A stretch of DNA of 64,000 nt from Eledone cirrhosa (Eukaryota): the NCBI GenBank assembly GCA_964016885.1, contig OZ024742.1, positions 368,032,001 through 368,096,000 on the forward strand. Direction: 5' to 3'. Of this stretch, positions 13,410 through 25,200 are shown in pieces. A program made the position numbers and the translations under genes. Below the pieces are notes generated by a model. That model was not told the origin of the DNA, searched no databases, and saw nothing but the letters and a program-made list of their open reading frames with translations. Position 1 is the stretch's first letter, and each line of letters starts with the position of its first letter.

Positions 13410-16400
13410 GTGGTTTACTATGTTGTGTCAGTGAGTGGTTTACTATGTTGTGTCTGTGAGATAGTGGTTTACTATGTTGTGTCAGTGAGTGGTTTACTAT
13501 GTTGTGTCAGTGAGTGGTTTACTATGTTGTGTCAGTGAGAGTGGTTTACTATGTTGTGTCAGTGAGAGAGTGGTTTACTATGTTGTGTCAGTGAGAGAGT
13601 GGTTTACTATGTTGTGTCTGTGAGAGAGTGGTTTACTATGTTGTGTCAGTGAGTGGTTTACTATGTTGTGTCAGTGAGAGAGTGGTTTACTATGTTGTGT
13701 CTGTGAGTGGTTTACTATGTTGTGTCAGTGAGTGGTTTACTATGTTGTGTCAGTGAGTGGTTTACTATGTTGTGTCAGTGAGTGGTTTACTATGTTGTGT
13801 CAGTGAGTGGTTTACTATGTTGTGTCAGTGAGTGGTTTACTATGTTGTGTCAGTGAGTGGTTTACTATGTTGTGTCAGTGAGTGGTTTACTATGTTGTGT
13901 CAGTGAGTGGTTTACTATGTTGTGTCAGTGAGTGGTTTACTATGTTGTGTCAGTGAGAGAGTGGTTTACTATGTTGTGTCAGTGAGAGAGTGGTTTACTA
14001 TGTTGTGTCAGTGAGTGGTTTACTATGTTGTGTCAGTGAGAGAGTGGTTTACTATGTTGTGTCAGTGAGTGGTTTACTATGTTGTGTCAGTGAGTGGTTT
14101 ACTATGTTGTGTCAGTGAGTGGTTTACTATGTTGTGTCAGTGAGTGGTTTACTATGTTGTGTCAGTGAGTGGTTTACTATGTTGTGTCAGTGAGTGGTTT
14201 ACTATGTTGTGTCAGTGAGAGAGTGGTTTACTATGTTGTGTCAGTGAGTGGTTTACTATGTTGTGTCAGTGAGTGGTTTACTATGTTGTGTCAGTGAGTG
14301 GTTTACTATGTTGTGTCAGTGAGTGGTTTACTATGTTGTGTCAGTGAGTGGTTTACTATGTTTTGTCAGTGAGTGGTTTACTATGTTGTGTCAGTGAGTG
14401 GTTTACTATGTTGTGTCAGTGAGAGAGTGGTTTACTATGTTGTGTCAATGAGTGGTTTACTATGTTGTGTCAGTGAGTGATTTACTATGTTGTGTCAGTG
14501 AGTGGTTTACTATGTTGTGTCTGTGAGTGGTTTACTATGTTGTGTCAGTGAGTGGTTTACTATGTTGTGTCTGTGAGAGAGTGGTTTACTATGTTGTGTC
14601 AGTGAGTGGTTTACTATGTTGTGTCAGTGAGTGGTTTACTATGTTGTGTCAGTGAGAGAGTGGTTTACTATGTTGTGTCAGCGAGAGAGTGGTTTACTAT
14701 GTTGTGTCAGTGAGTAGTTTACTATGTTGTGTCAGTGAGTGGTTTACTATGTTGTGTCAGTGAGTGGTTTACTATGTTGTGTCAGTGAGTGGTTTACTAT
14801 GTTGTGTCAGTGAGTGGTTTACTATGTTGTGTCAGTGAGTGGTTTACTATGTTGTGTCAGTGAGTGGTTTACTATGTTGTGTCAGTGAGAGGGTGGTTTA
14901 CTATGCTGGGTCAGTGAGTGGTTTACTATGTTGTGTCAGTGAGTGGTTTACTATGTTGTGTCAGTGAGAGAGTGGTTTACTATGTTGTGTCAATGAGTGG
15001 TTTACTATGTTGTGTCAGTGAGTGGTTTACTATGTTGTGTCTGTGAGATAGTGGTTTACTATGTTGTGTCAGTGAGTGGTTTACTATGTTGTGTCAGTGA
15101 GTGGTTTACTATGTTGTGTCAGTGAGAGTGGTTTACTATGTTGTGTCAGTGAGAGAGTGGTTTACTATGTTGTGTCAGTGAGAGAGTGGTTTACTATGTT
15201 GTGTCTGTGAGAGAGTGGTTTACTATGTTGTGTCAGTGAGTGGTTTACTATGTTGTGTCAGTGAGAGAGTGGTTTACTATGTTGTGTCTGTGAGTGGTTT
15301 ACTATGTTGTGTCAGTGAGTGGTTTACTATGTTGTGTCAGTGAGTGGTTTACTATGTTGTGTCAGTGAGTGGTTTACTATGTTGTGTCAGTGAGTGGTTT
15401 ACTATGTTGTGTCAGTGAGTGGTTTACTATGTTGTGTCAGTGAGTGGTTTACTATGTTGTGTCAGTGAGTGGTTTACTATGTTGTGTCAGTGAGTGGTTT
15501 ACTATGTTGTGTCAGTGAGTGGTTTACTATGTTGTGTCAGTGAGAGAGTGGTTTACTATGTTGTGTCAGTGAGAGAGTGGTTTACTATGTTGTGTCAGTG
15601 AGTGGTTTACTATGTTGTGTCAGTGAGAGAGTGGTTTACTATGTTGTGTCAGTGAGTGGTTTACTATGTTGTGTCAGTGAGTGGTTTACTATGTTGTGTC
15701 AGTGAGTGGTTTACTATGTTGTGTCAGTGAGTGGTTTACTATGTTGTGTCAGTGAGTGGTTTACTATGTTGTGTCAGTGAGTGGTTTACTATGTTGTGTC
15801 AGTGAGAGAGTGGTTTACTATGTTGTGTCAGTGAGTGGTTTACTATGTTGTGTCAGTGAGTGGTTTACTATGTTGTGTCAGTGAGTGGTTTACTATGTTG
15901 TGTCAGTGAGTGGTTTACTATGTTGTGTCAGTGAGTGGTTTACTATGTTTTGTCAGTGAGTGGTTTACTATGTTGTGTCAGTGAGTGGTTTACTATGTTG
16001 TGTCAGTGAGAGAGTGGTTTACTATGTTGTGTCAATGAGTGGTTTACTATGTTGTGTCAGTGAGTGATTTACTATGTTGTGTCAGTGAGTGGTTTACTAT
16101 GTTGTGTCTGTGAGTGGTTTACTATGTTGTGTCAGTGAGTGGTTTACTATGTTGTGTCTGTGAGAGAGTGGTTTACTATGTTGTGTCAGTGAGTGGTTTA
16201 CTATGTTGTGTCAGTGAGTGGTTTACTATGTTGTGTCAGTGAGAGAGTGGTTTACTATGTTGTGTCAGCGAGAGAGTGGTTTACTATGTTGTGTCAGTGA
16301 GTAGTTTACTATGTTGTGTCAGTGAGTGGTTTACTATGTTGTGTCAGTGAGTGGTTTACTATGTTGTGTCAGTGAGTGGTTTACTATGTTGTGTCAGTGA

Positions 16401-16585
16401 GTGGTTTACTATGTTGTGTCAGTGAGTGGTTTACTATGTTGTGTCAGTGAGTGGTTTACTATGTTGTGTCAGTGAGAGGGTGGTTTACTATGCTGGGTCA
16501 GTGAGTGGTTTACTATGTTGTGTCAGTGAGTGGTTTACTATGTTGTGTCAGTGAGAGAGTGGTTTACTATGTTGTGTCAATGAGT
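13410..16585 (+). repeat. 1587-bp tandem duplication
   Basis: Rare variants are paired at exactly 1587 bp: GAGATAG (13462/15049), GTTTTGTC (14363/15950) and CAGCGAG (14682/16269). Confidence 0.9.
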
Positions 16586-19299
16586 GGTTTACTATGTTGT
16601 GTCAGTGAGAGAGTGGTTTACTATGTTGTGTCAGTGAGTGGTTTACTATGTTGTGTAAGTGAGTGGTTTACTATGTTGTGTCTGTGAGTGGTTTACTATG
16701 TTGTGTCAGTGAGTGGTTTACTATGTTGTGTCTGTGAGAGAGTGGTTTACTATGTTGTGTCAATGAGAGTGGTTTACTATGTTGTGTCAGTGAGTGGTTT
16801 ACTATGTTGTGTCAGTGAGAGAGTGGTTTACTATGTTGTGTCAGTGAGAGAGTGGTTTACTATGTTGTGTCAGTGAGTGGTTTTCTATGTTGTGTCAGTG
16901 AGTGGTTTACTATGTTGTGTCAGTGTGTGTTTTACTATGTTGTGTCAGTGAGAGAGTGGTTTACTATGTTGTGTCAGTGAGTGGTTTACTATGTTGTGTC
17001 TGTGAGAGACTGGTTTACTATGTTGTGTCAGTGAGTGGTTTACTATGTTGTGTCAGTGAGAGAGTGGTTTACTATGTTGTGTCAGTGAGTGGTTTACTAT
17101 GTTGTGTCTGTGAGAGAGAGGTTTACTATGTTGTGTCTGTGAGTGGTTTACTATGTTGTGTCAGTGAGAGAGTGGTTTACTATGTTGTGTCAGTGAGTGG
17201 TTTGCTATGTTGTGTCAGTGAGAGAGTGGTTTACTATGTTGTGTCAGTGAGTGGTTTACTATGTTGTGTCTGTGAGAGAGTGGTTTACTATGTTGTGTCT
17301 GTGAGTGGTTTACTATGTTGTGTCAGTGAGAGAGTGGTTTACTATGTTGTGTCAGTGAGTGGTTTACTATGTTGTGTCAGTGTGAGAGTGGTTTACTATG
17401 TTGTGTCAGTGAGAGGGTGGTTTACTATGTTGTGTCTGTGAGAGAGTAGTTTACTATGTTGTGTCTGTGAGAGAGTGGTTTACTATGTTGTGTCTGTGAG
17501 TGGTTTACTATGTTCTGTCAGTGAGAGAGTGGTTTACTATGTTCTGTCAGTGAGAGAGTGGTTTACTATGTTCTGTCAGTGAGAGAGTGGTTTACTATGT
17601 TGTGTCAGTGAGAGAGTGGTTTACTATGTTGTGTCTGTGAGTGGTTTACTATGTTGTGTCAGTGAGAGAGTGGTTTACTATGTTGTGTCAGTGAGTGGTT
17701 TACTATGTTGTGTCAGTGAGTGGTTTACTATGTTGTGTCAGTGAGAGAGTGGTTTACTATGTTGTGTCAGTGAGAGAGTGGTTTACTATGTTGTGTCAGT
17801 GAGTGGTTTACTATGTTGTGTCAGTGAGTGGTTTACTATGTTGTGTCAGTGAGTGGTTTACTATGTTGTGTCAGTGAGTGGTTTACTATGTTGTGTCAGT
17901 GAGAGAGTGATTTACTATGTTCTGTCAGTGAGTGGTTTAATATGTTGTGTTAGTGAGAGTGTGGTTTACTATGTTGTGTCTGTGAGTGGTTTACTATGTT
18001 GTGTCAGTGAGTGGTTTAATATGTTGTGTCAGTGAGAGAGTGGTTTACTATGTTGTGTCAGTGAGTGGTTTACTATGTTGTGTCAGTGAGTGGTTTACTA
18101 TGTTGTGTCAGTGAGTGGTTTACTATGTTGTGTCAGTGAGTGGTTTACTATGTTGTGTCAGTGAGTGGTTTACTATGTTGTGTCAGTGAGAGAGTGGTTT
18201 ACTATGTTGTGTCAGTGAGTGGTTTACTATGTTGTGTCAGTGAGTGGTTTACTATGTTGTGTCAGAGAGTGGTTTACTATGTTGTGTCAGTGAGTGGTTT
18301 ACTATGTTGTGTCAGTGAGTGGTTTACTATGTTGTGTCAGTGAGTGGTTTACTATGTTGTGTCAGTGAGTGGTTTACTATGTTGTGTCAGTGAGAGAGTG
18401 GTTTACTATGTTGTGTCAATGAGTGGTTTACTATGTTGTCTCAGCGAGAGAGTGGTTTACTATGTTGTGTCAGTGAGTGATTTACTATGTTGTGTCAGTG
18501 AGTGGTTTACTATGTTGTGTCTGTGAGTGGTTTACTATGTTGTGTCAGTGAGTGGTTTACTATGTTGTGTCTGTGAGAGAGTGGTTTACTATGTTGTGTC
18601 AGTGAGGGGTTTACTATGTTGTGTCAGTGAGTGGTTTACTATGTTGTGTCAGTGAGAGAGTGGTTTACTATGTTGTGTCAGTGAGAGAGTGGTTTACTAT
18701 GTTGTGTCAGTGAGAGAGTGGTTTACTATGTTGTGTCTGTGAGAGAGTGGTTTATTATGTTGTGTCAGTGAGTGGTTTACTATGTTGTGTCAGTGAGTGG
18801 TTTACTATGTTGTGTCAGTGAGAGAGTGGTTTACTATGTTGTGTCAGTGAGAGAGTGGTTTACTATGTTGTGTCTGTGAGAGTGGTTTATTATGTTGTGT
18901 CAGTGAGTGGTTTACTATGTTGTGTCAGTGAGTGGTTTACTATGTTGTGTCAGTGAGAGGGTGGTTTACTATGCTGGGTCAGTGAGTGGTTTACTATGTT
19001 GTGTCAGTGAGAGAGTGGTTTACTATGTTGTGTCAATGAGTGGTTTACTATGTTGTGTCAGTGAGAGAGTGGTTTACTATGTTGTGTCAGTGAGTGATTT
19101 ACTATGTTGTGTCAGTGAGTGGTTTACTATGTTGTGTCTGTGAGTGGTTTACTATGTTGTGTCAGTGAGTGGTTTACTGTGTTGTGTCTGTGAGAGAGTG
19201 GTTTACTATGTTGTGTCAGTGAGTGGTTTACTATGTTGTGTCAGTGAGAGAGTGGTTTACTATGTTGTGTCAGTGAGAGAGTGGTTTACTATGTTGTGT

Positions 19300-22200
19300 C
19301 AGTGAGTGGTTTACTATGTTGTGTCAGTGAGTGGTTTACTATGTTGTGTCAGTGAGTGGTTTACTATGTTGTGTCAGTGAGAGAGTGGTTTACTATGTTG
19401 TGTCAGTGAGTGGTTTACTATGTTGTGTCTGTGAGAGACTGGTTTACTATGTTGTGTCAGTGAGTGGTTTACTATGTTGTGTCAGTGAGAGAGTGGTTTA
19501 CTATGTTGTGTCAGTGAGTGGTTTACTATGTTGTGTCTGTGAGAGAGAGGTTTACTATGTTGTGTCTGTGAGTGGTTTACTATGTTGTGTCAGTGAGAGA
19601 GTGGTTTACTATGTTGTGTCAGTGAGTGGTTTGCTATGTTGTGTCAGTGAGAGAGTGGTTTACTATGTTGTGTCAGTGAGTGGTTTACTATGTTGTGTCT
19701 GTGAGAGAGTGGTTTACTATGTTGTGTCTGTGAGTGGTTTACTATGTTGTGTCAGTGAGAGAGTGGTTTACTATGTTGTGTCAGTGAGTGGTTTACTATG
19801 TTGTGTCAGTGTGAGAGTGGTTTACTATGTTGTGTCAGTGAGAGGGTGGTTTACTATGTTGTGTCTGTGAGAGAGTAGTTTACTATGTTGTGTCTGTGAG
19901 AGAGTGGTTTACTATGTTGTGTCTGTGAGTGGTTTACTATGTTCTGTCAGTGAGAGAGTGGTTTACTATGTTCTGTCAGTGAGAGAGTGGTTTACTATGT
20001 TCTGTCAGTGAGAGAGTGGTTTACTATGTTGTGTCAGTGAGAGAGTGGTTTACTATGTTGTGTCTGTGAGTGGTTTACTATGTTGTGTCAGTGAGAGAGT
20101 GGTTTACTATGTTGTGTCAGTGAGTGGTTTACTATGTTGTGTCAGTGAGTGGTTTACTATGTTGTGTCAGTGAGAGAGTGGTTTACTATGTTGTGTCAGT
20201 GAGAGAGTGGTTTACTATGTTGTGTCAGTGAGTGGTTTACTATGTTGTGTCAGTGAGTGGTTTACTACGTTGTGTCAGTGAGTGGTTTACTATGTTGTGT
20301 CAGTGAGTGGTTTACTATGTTGTGTCAGTGAGAGAGTGATTTACTATGTTCTGTCAGTGAGTGGTTTAATATGTTGTGTTAGTGAGAGAGTGGTTTACTA
20401 TGTTGTGTCTGTGAGTGGTTTACTATGTTGTGTCAGTGAGTGGTTTAATATGTTGTGTCAGTGAGAGAGTGGTTTACTATGTTGTGTCAGTGAGAGGGTG
20501 GTTTACTATGTTGTGTCAATGAGTGGTTTACTATGTTGTGTCAGTGAGAGAGTGGTTTACTATGTTGTGTCAGTGAGTGGTTTACTATGTTGTGTCAGTG
20601 AGAGAGTGGTTTACTATGTTGTGTCAGTGAGTGGTTTACTATGTTGTGTCTGTGAGAGAGTGGTTTACTATGTTGTGTCTGTGAGAGAGTGGTTTACTAT
20701 GTTGTGTCAGTGAGTGGTTTACTATGTTGTGTCAGTGAGAGAGTGGTTTACTATGTTGTGTCAGTGAGTGGTTTACTATGTTGTGTCTGTGAGAGAGTGG
20801 TTTACTATGTTGTGTCTGTGAGAGAGTGGTTTACTATGTTGTGTCAGTGAGTGGTTTACTATGTTGTGTCAGTGAGAGAGTGGTTTACTATGTTGTGTCA
20901 ATGAGTGGTTTACTATGTTGTGTCTGTGAGAGAGTGGTTTACTATGTTGTGTCTGTGAGAGAGTGGTTTACTATGTTGTGTCAGTGAGTGGTTTACTATG
21001 TTGTGTCAGTGAGAGAGTGGTTTACTATGTTGTGTCAGTGAGTGGTTTACCATGTTGTGTCAGTGAGAGAGTGGTTTACTATGTTGTGTCAGTGAGAGAG
21101 TGGTTAACTATGTTGTGTCAGTGAGTGGTTTACTATGTTGTGTCAGTGAGTGGTTTACTATGTTGTGTCAGTGAGTGGTTTACTATGTTGTGTCAGTGAC
21201 AGAGTGGTTTACTATGTTGTGTCAGTGAGTGGTTCACTATGTTGTGTCAGTGAGTGGTTTACTATGTTGTGTCAGTGAGAGAGTGGTTTACTATGTTGTG
21301 TCAGTGAGAGAGTGGTTTACTATGTTGTGTCAGTGAGTGGTTTACTATGTTGTGTCAGTGAGTGGTTTACTATGTTGTGTCAGTGAGTGGTTTACTATGT
21401 TGAGTCAGTGAGTGGTTTACTATGTTGTGTCAGTGAGAGAGTGGTTTACTATGTTGTGTCAGTGAGAGAGTGGTTTACTATGTTGTGTCAGTGAGAGAGT
21501 GGTTTACTATGTTGTGTCTGTGAGAGAGTGGTTTACTATGTTGTGTCAGTGAGTGGTTTACTATGTTGTGTCAGTGAGTGGTTTACTATGTTGTGTCAGT
21601 GAGAGAGTGGTTTACTATGTTGTGTCTGTGAGTGGTTTACTATGTTGTGTCAGTGAGTAGTTTACTATGTTGTGTCAGTGAGTGGTTTACTATGTTGTGT
21701 CAGTAAGTGGTTTACTATGTTGTGTCAGTGAGTGGTTTACTATGTTGTGTCAGTGAGTGGTTTACTATGTTGTGTCAGTGAGTGGTTTACTATGTTGTAT
21801 CAGTGAGAGGGTGGTTTACTATGCTGGGTCAGTGAGTGGTTTACTATGTTGTGTCAGTGAGTGGTTTACTATGTTGTGTCAGTGAGAGAGTAGTTTACTA
21901 TGTTGTGTCAATGAGTGGTTTACTATGTTGTGTCAGTGAGAGAGTGGTTTACTATGTTGTGTCAGTGAGTGGTTTACTATGTTGTGTCAGTGAGTGGTTT
22001 ACTATGTTGTGTCAGTGAGTGGTTTACTATGTTGTGTCAGTGAGAGAGTGGTTTACTATGTTGTGTCAGTGAGAGAGTGGTTTACTATGTTGTGTCAGTG
22101 ACTGGTTTACTATGTTGTGTCAGTGAGTAGTTTACTATGTTGTGTCAGTGAGTGGTTTACTATGTTGTGTCAGTGAGAGAGTGGTTTACTATGTTGTGTC

Positions 22201-25200
22201 AGTGAGAGAGAGGTTTACTATGTTGTGTCTGTGAGTGGTTTACTATGTTGTGTCAGTGAGAGAGTGGTTTACTATGTTGTGTGAGTGAGTGGTTTACTAT
22301 GTTGTGTCAGTGAGAGAGTGGTTTACTATGTTGTGTCAGTGAGTGGTTTACTATGTTGTGTCTGTGAGAGAGTGGTTTACTATGTTGTGTCTGTGAGTGG
22401 TTTACTATGTTGTGTCAGTGAGAGAGTGGTTTACTATGTTGTGTCAGTGAGTGGTTTACTATGTTGTGTCAGTGTGAGAGTGGTTTACTATGTTGTGTCT
22501 GTGAGAGAGTGGTTTACTATGTTGTGTCAGTGAGAGGGTGGTTTACTATGTTGTGTCTGTGAGAGAGTGGTTTACTATGTTGTGTCTGTGAGTGGTTTAC
22601 TATGTTGTGTCAGTGAGAGAGTGGTTTACTATGTTGTGTCAGTGAGTGGTTTACTATGTTGTGTCAGTGAGTGGTTTACTATGTTGTGTCAGTGAGAGAG
22701 TGGTTTACTATGTTGTATCAGTGAGAGAGTGGTTTACTATGTTGTGTCAGTGAGTGGTTTACTATGTTGTGTCAGTGAGTGGTTTACTATGTTGTGTCAG
22801 TGAGAGAGTGGTTTACTATGTTGTGTCAGTGAGTGGTTTACTATGTTGTGTCAGTGAGAGAGTGATTTACTATGTTCTGTCAGTGAGTGGTTTAATATGT
22901 TGTGTCAGTGAGAGAGTGGTTTACTATGTTGTGTCTGTGAGTGGTTTACTATGTTGTGTCAGTGAGTGGTTTAATATGTTGTGTCAGTGAGAGAGTGGTT
23001 TACTATGTTGTGTCAGTGAGAGGGTGGTTTACTATGTTGTGTCAATGAGTGGTTTACTATGTTGTGTCAGTGAGAGAGTGGTTTACTATGTTGTGTCAGT
23101 GAGTGGTTTACTATGTTGTGTCAGTGAGAGAGTGGTTTACTATGTTGTGTCAGTGAGTGGTTTACTATGTTGTGTCTGTGAGAGAGTGGTTTACTATGTT
23201 GTGTCTGTGAGAGAGTGGTTTACTATGTTGTGTCAGTGAGTGGTTTACTATGTTGTGTCAGTGAGAGAGTGGTTTACTATGTTGTGTCAGTGAGTGGTTT
23301 ACTATGTTGTGTCTGTTAGAGAGTGGTTTAATATGTTGTGTCTGTGAGAGAATGGTTTACTATGTTGTGTCAGTGAGTGGTTTACTATGTTGTGTCAGTG
23401 AGAGAGTGGTTTACTATGTTGTGTCAATGAGTGGTTTACTATGTTGTGTCTGTGAGAGAGTGGTTTACTATGTTGTGTCTGTGAGAGAGTGGTTTACTAT
23501 GTTGTGTCAGTGAGTGGTTTACTATGTTGTGTCAGTGAGAGAGTGGTTTACTATGTTGTGTCAGTGAGTGGTTTACTATGTTGTGTCAGTGAGAGAGTGG
23601 TTTACTATGTTGTGTCAGTGAGAGAGTGGTTAACTATGTTGTGTCAGTGAGTGGTTTACTATGTTGTGTCAGTGAGTGGTTTACTATGTTGTGTCAGTGA
23701 GTGGTTTACTATGTTGTGTCAGTGACAGAGTGGTTTACTATGTTGTGTCAGTGAGTGGTTTACTATGTTGTGTCAGTGAGTGGTTTACTATGTTGTGTCA
23801 GTGAGAGAGTGGTTTACTATGATGTGTCAGTGAGAGAGAGGTTTACTATGTTGTGTCTGTGAGTGGTTTACTATGTTGTGTCAGTGAGTGGTTTACTATG
23901 TTGTGTCAGTGAGTGGTTTACTATGTTGAGTCAGTGAGAGAGTGGTTTACTATGTTGTGTCAGTGAGTGGTTTACTATGTTGTGTCAGTGAGAGAGTGGT
24001 TTACTATGTTGTGTCAGTGAGTGGTTTACTATGTTGTGTCAGTGAGAGAGTGGTTTACTATGTTGTGTCTGTGAGATAGTGGTTTACTATGTTGTGTCAG
24101 TGAGTGGTTTACTATGTTGTGTCAGTGAGAGAGTGGTTTACTATGTTGTGTCAGTGAGAGAGTGGTTTACTATGTTGTGTCAGTGAGTGGTTTACTATGT
24201 TGTGTCAGTGAGAGGGTGGTTTACTATGTTGTGTCAGTGAGAGAGTGGTTTACTATGTTGTGTCAGTGAGTGGTTTACTATGTTGTGTCAGTGAGAGGGT
24301 GGTTTACTATGTTGTGTCAGTGAGTGGTTTACTATGTTGTGTCAGTGAGTGGTTTACTATGTTGTGTCAGTGAGAGAGTGGTTTACTATGTTGTGTCAGT
24401 GAGAGGGTGGTTTACTATGTTGTGTCAGTGAGTGGTTTACTATGTTGTGTCAGTGAGTGGTTTACTATGTTGTGTCAGTGAGTGGTTTACTATGTTGTGT
24501 CAGTGAGAGAGTGGTTTACTATGTTGTGTCAGTGAGTGGTTTACTATGTTGTGTCAGTGAGTGGTTTACTATGTTGTGTCAGTGAGAGGGTGGTTTACTA
24601 TGTTGTGTCAGTGAGAGAGAGGTTTACTATGTTGTGTCTGTGAGTGGTTTACTATGTTGTGTCAGTGAGAGAGTGGTTTACTATGTTGTGTCAGTGAGTG
24701 GTTTACTATGTTGTGTCAGTGAGAGAGTGGTTTACTATGTTGTGTCAGTGAGTGGTTTACTATGTTGTGTCTGTGAGAGAGTGGTTTACTATGTTGTGTC
24801 TGTGAGTGGTTTACTATGTTGTGTCAGTGAGAGAGTGGTTTACTATGTTGTGTCAGTGAGTGCTTTACTATGTTGTGTCAGTGTGAGAGTGGTTTACTAT
24901 GTTGTGTCAGTGAGAGGGTGGTTTACTATGTTGTGTCTGTGAGAGAGTGGTTTACTATGTTGTGTCTGTGAGAGAGTGGTTTACTATGTTGTGTCTGTGA
25001 GTGGTTTACTATGTTCTGTCAGTGAGAGAGTGGTTTACTATGTTCTGTCAGTGAGAGAGTGGTTTACTATGTTCTGTCAGTGAGAGAGTGGTTTACTATG
25101 TTGTGTCTGTGAGTGGTTTACTATGTTGTGTCAGTGAGAGAGTGGTTTACTATGTTGTGTCAGTGAGTGGTTTACTATGTTGTGTCAGTGAGTGGTTTAC

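Larger units (their letters stand above)
4100..18550 (+). repeat. About three copies of a ~4.1-kb higher-order unit, lengthened by internal duplications
   Basis: Matching variant signatures at 6299/10382/16505, 6482/10565/16688, 7647/12133/17853, 7934/12420/18140 and 4733/8716/13227 (offsets include 4083, 4486 and 5720). Confidence 0.8.
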
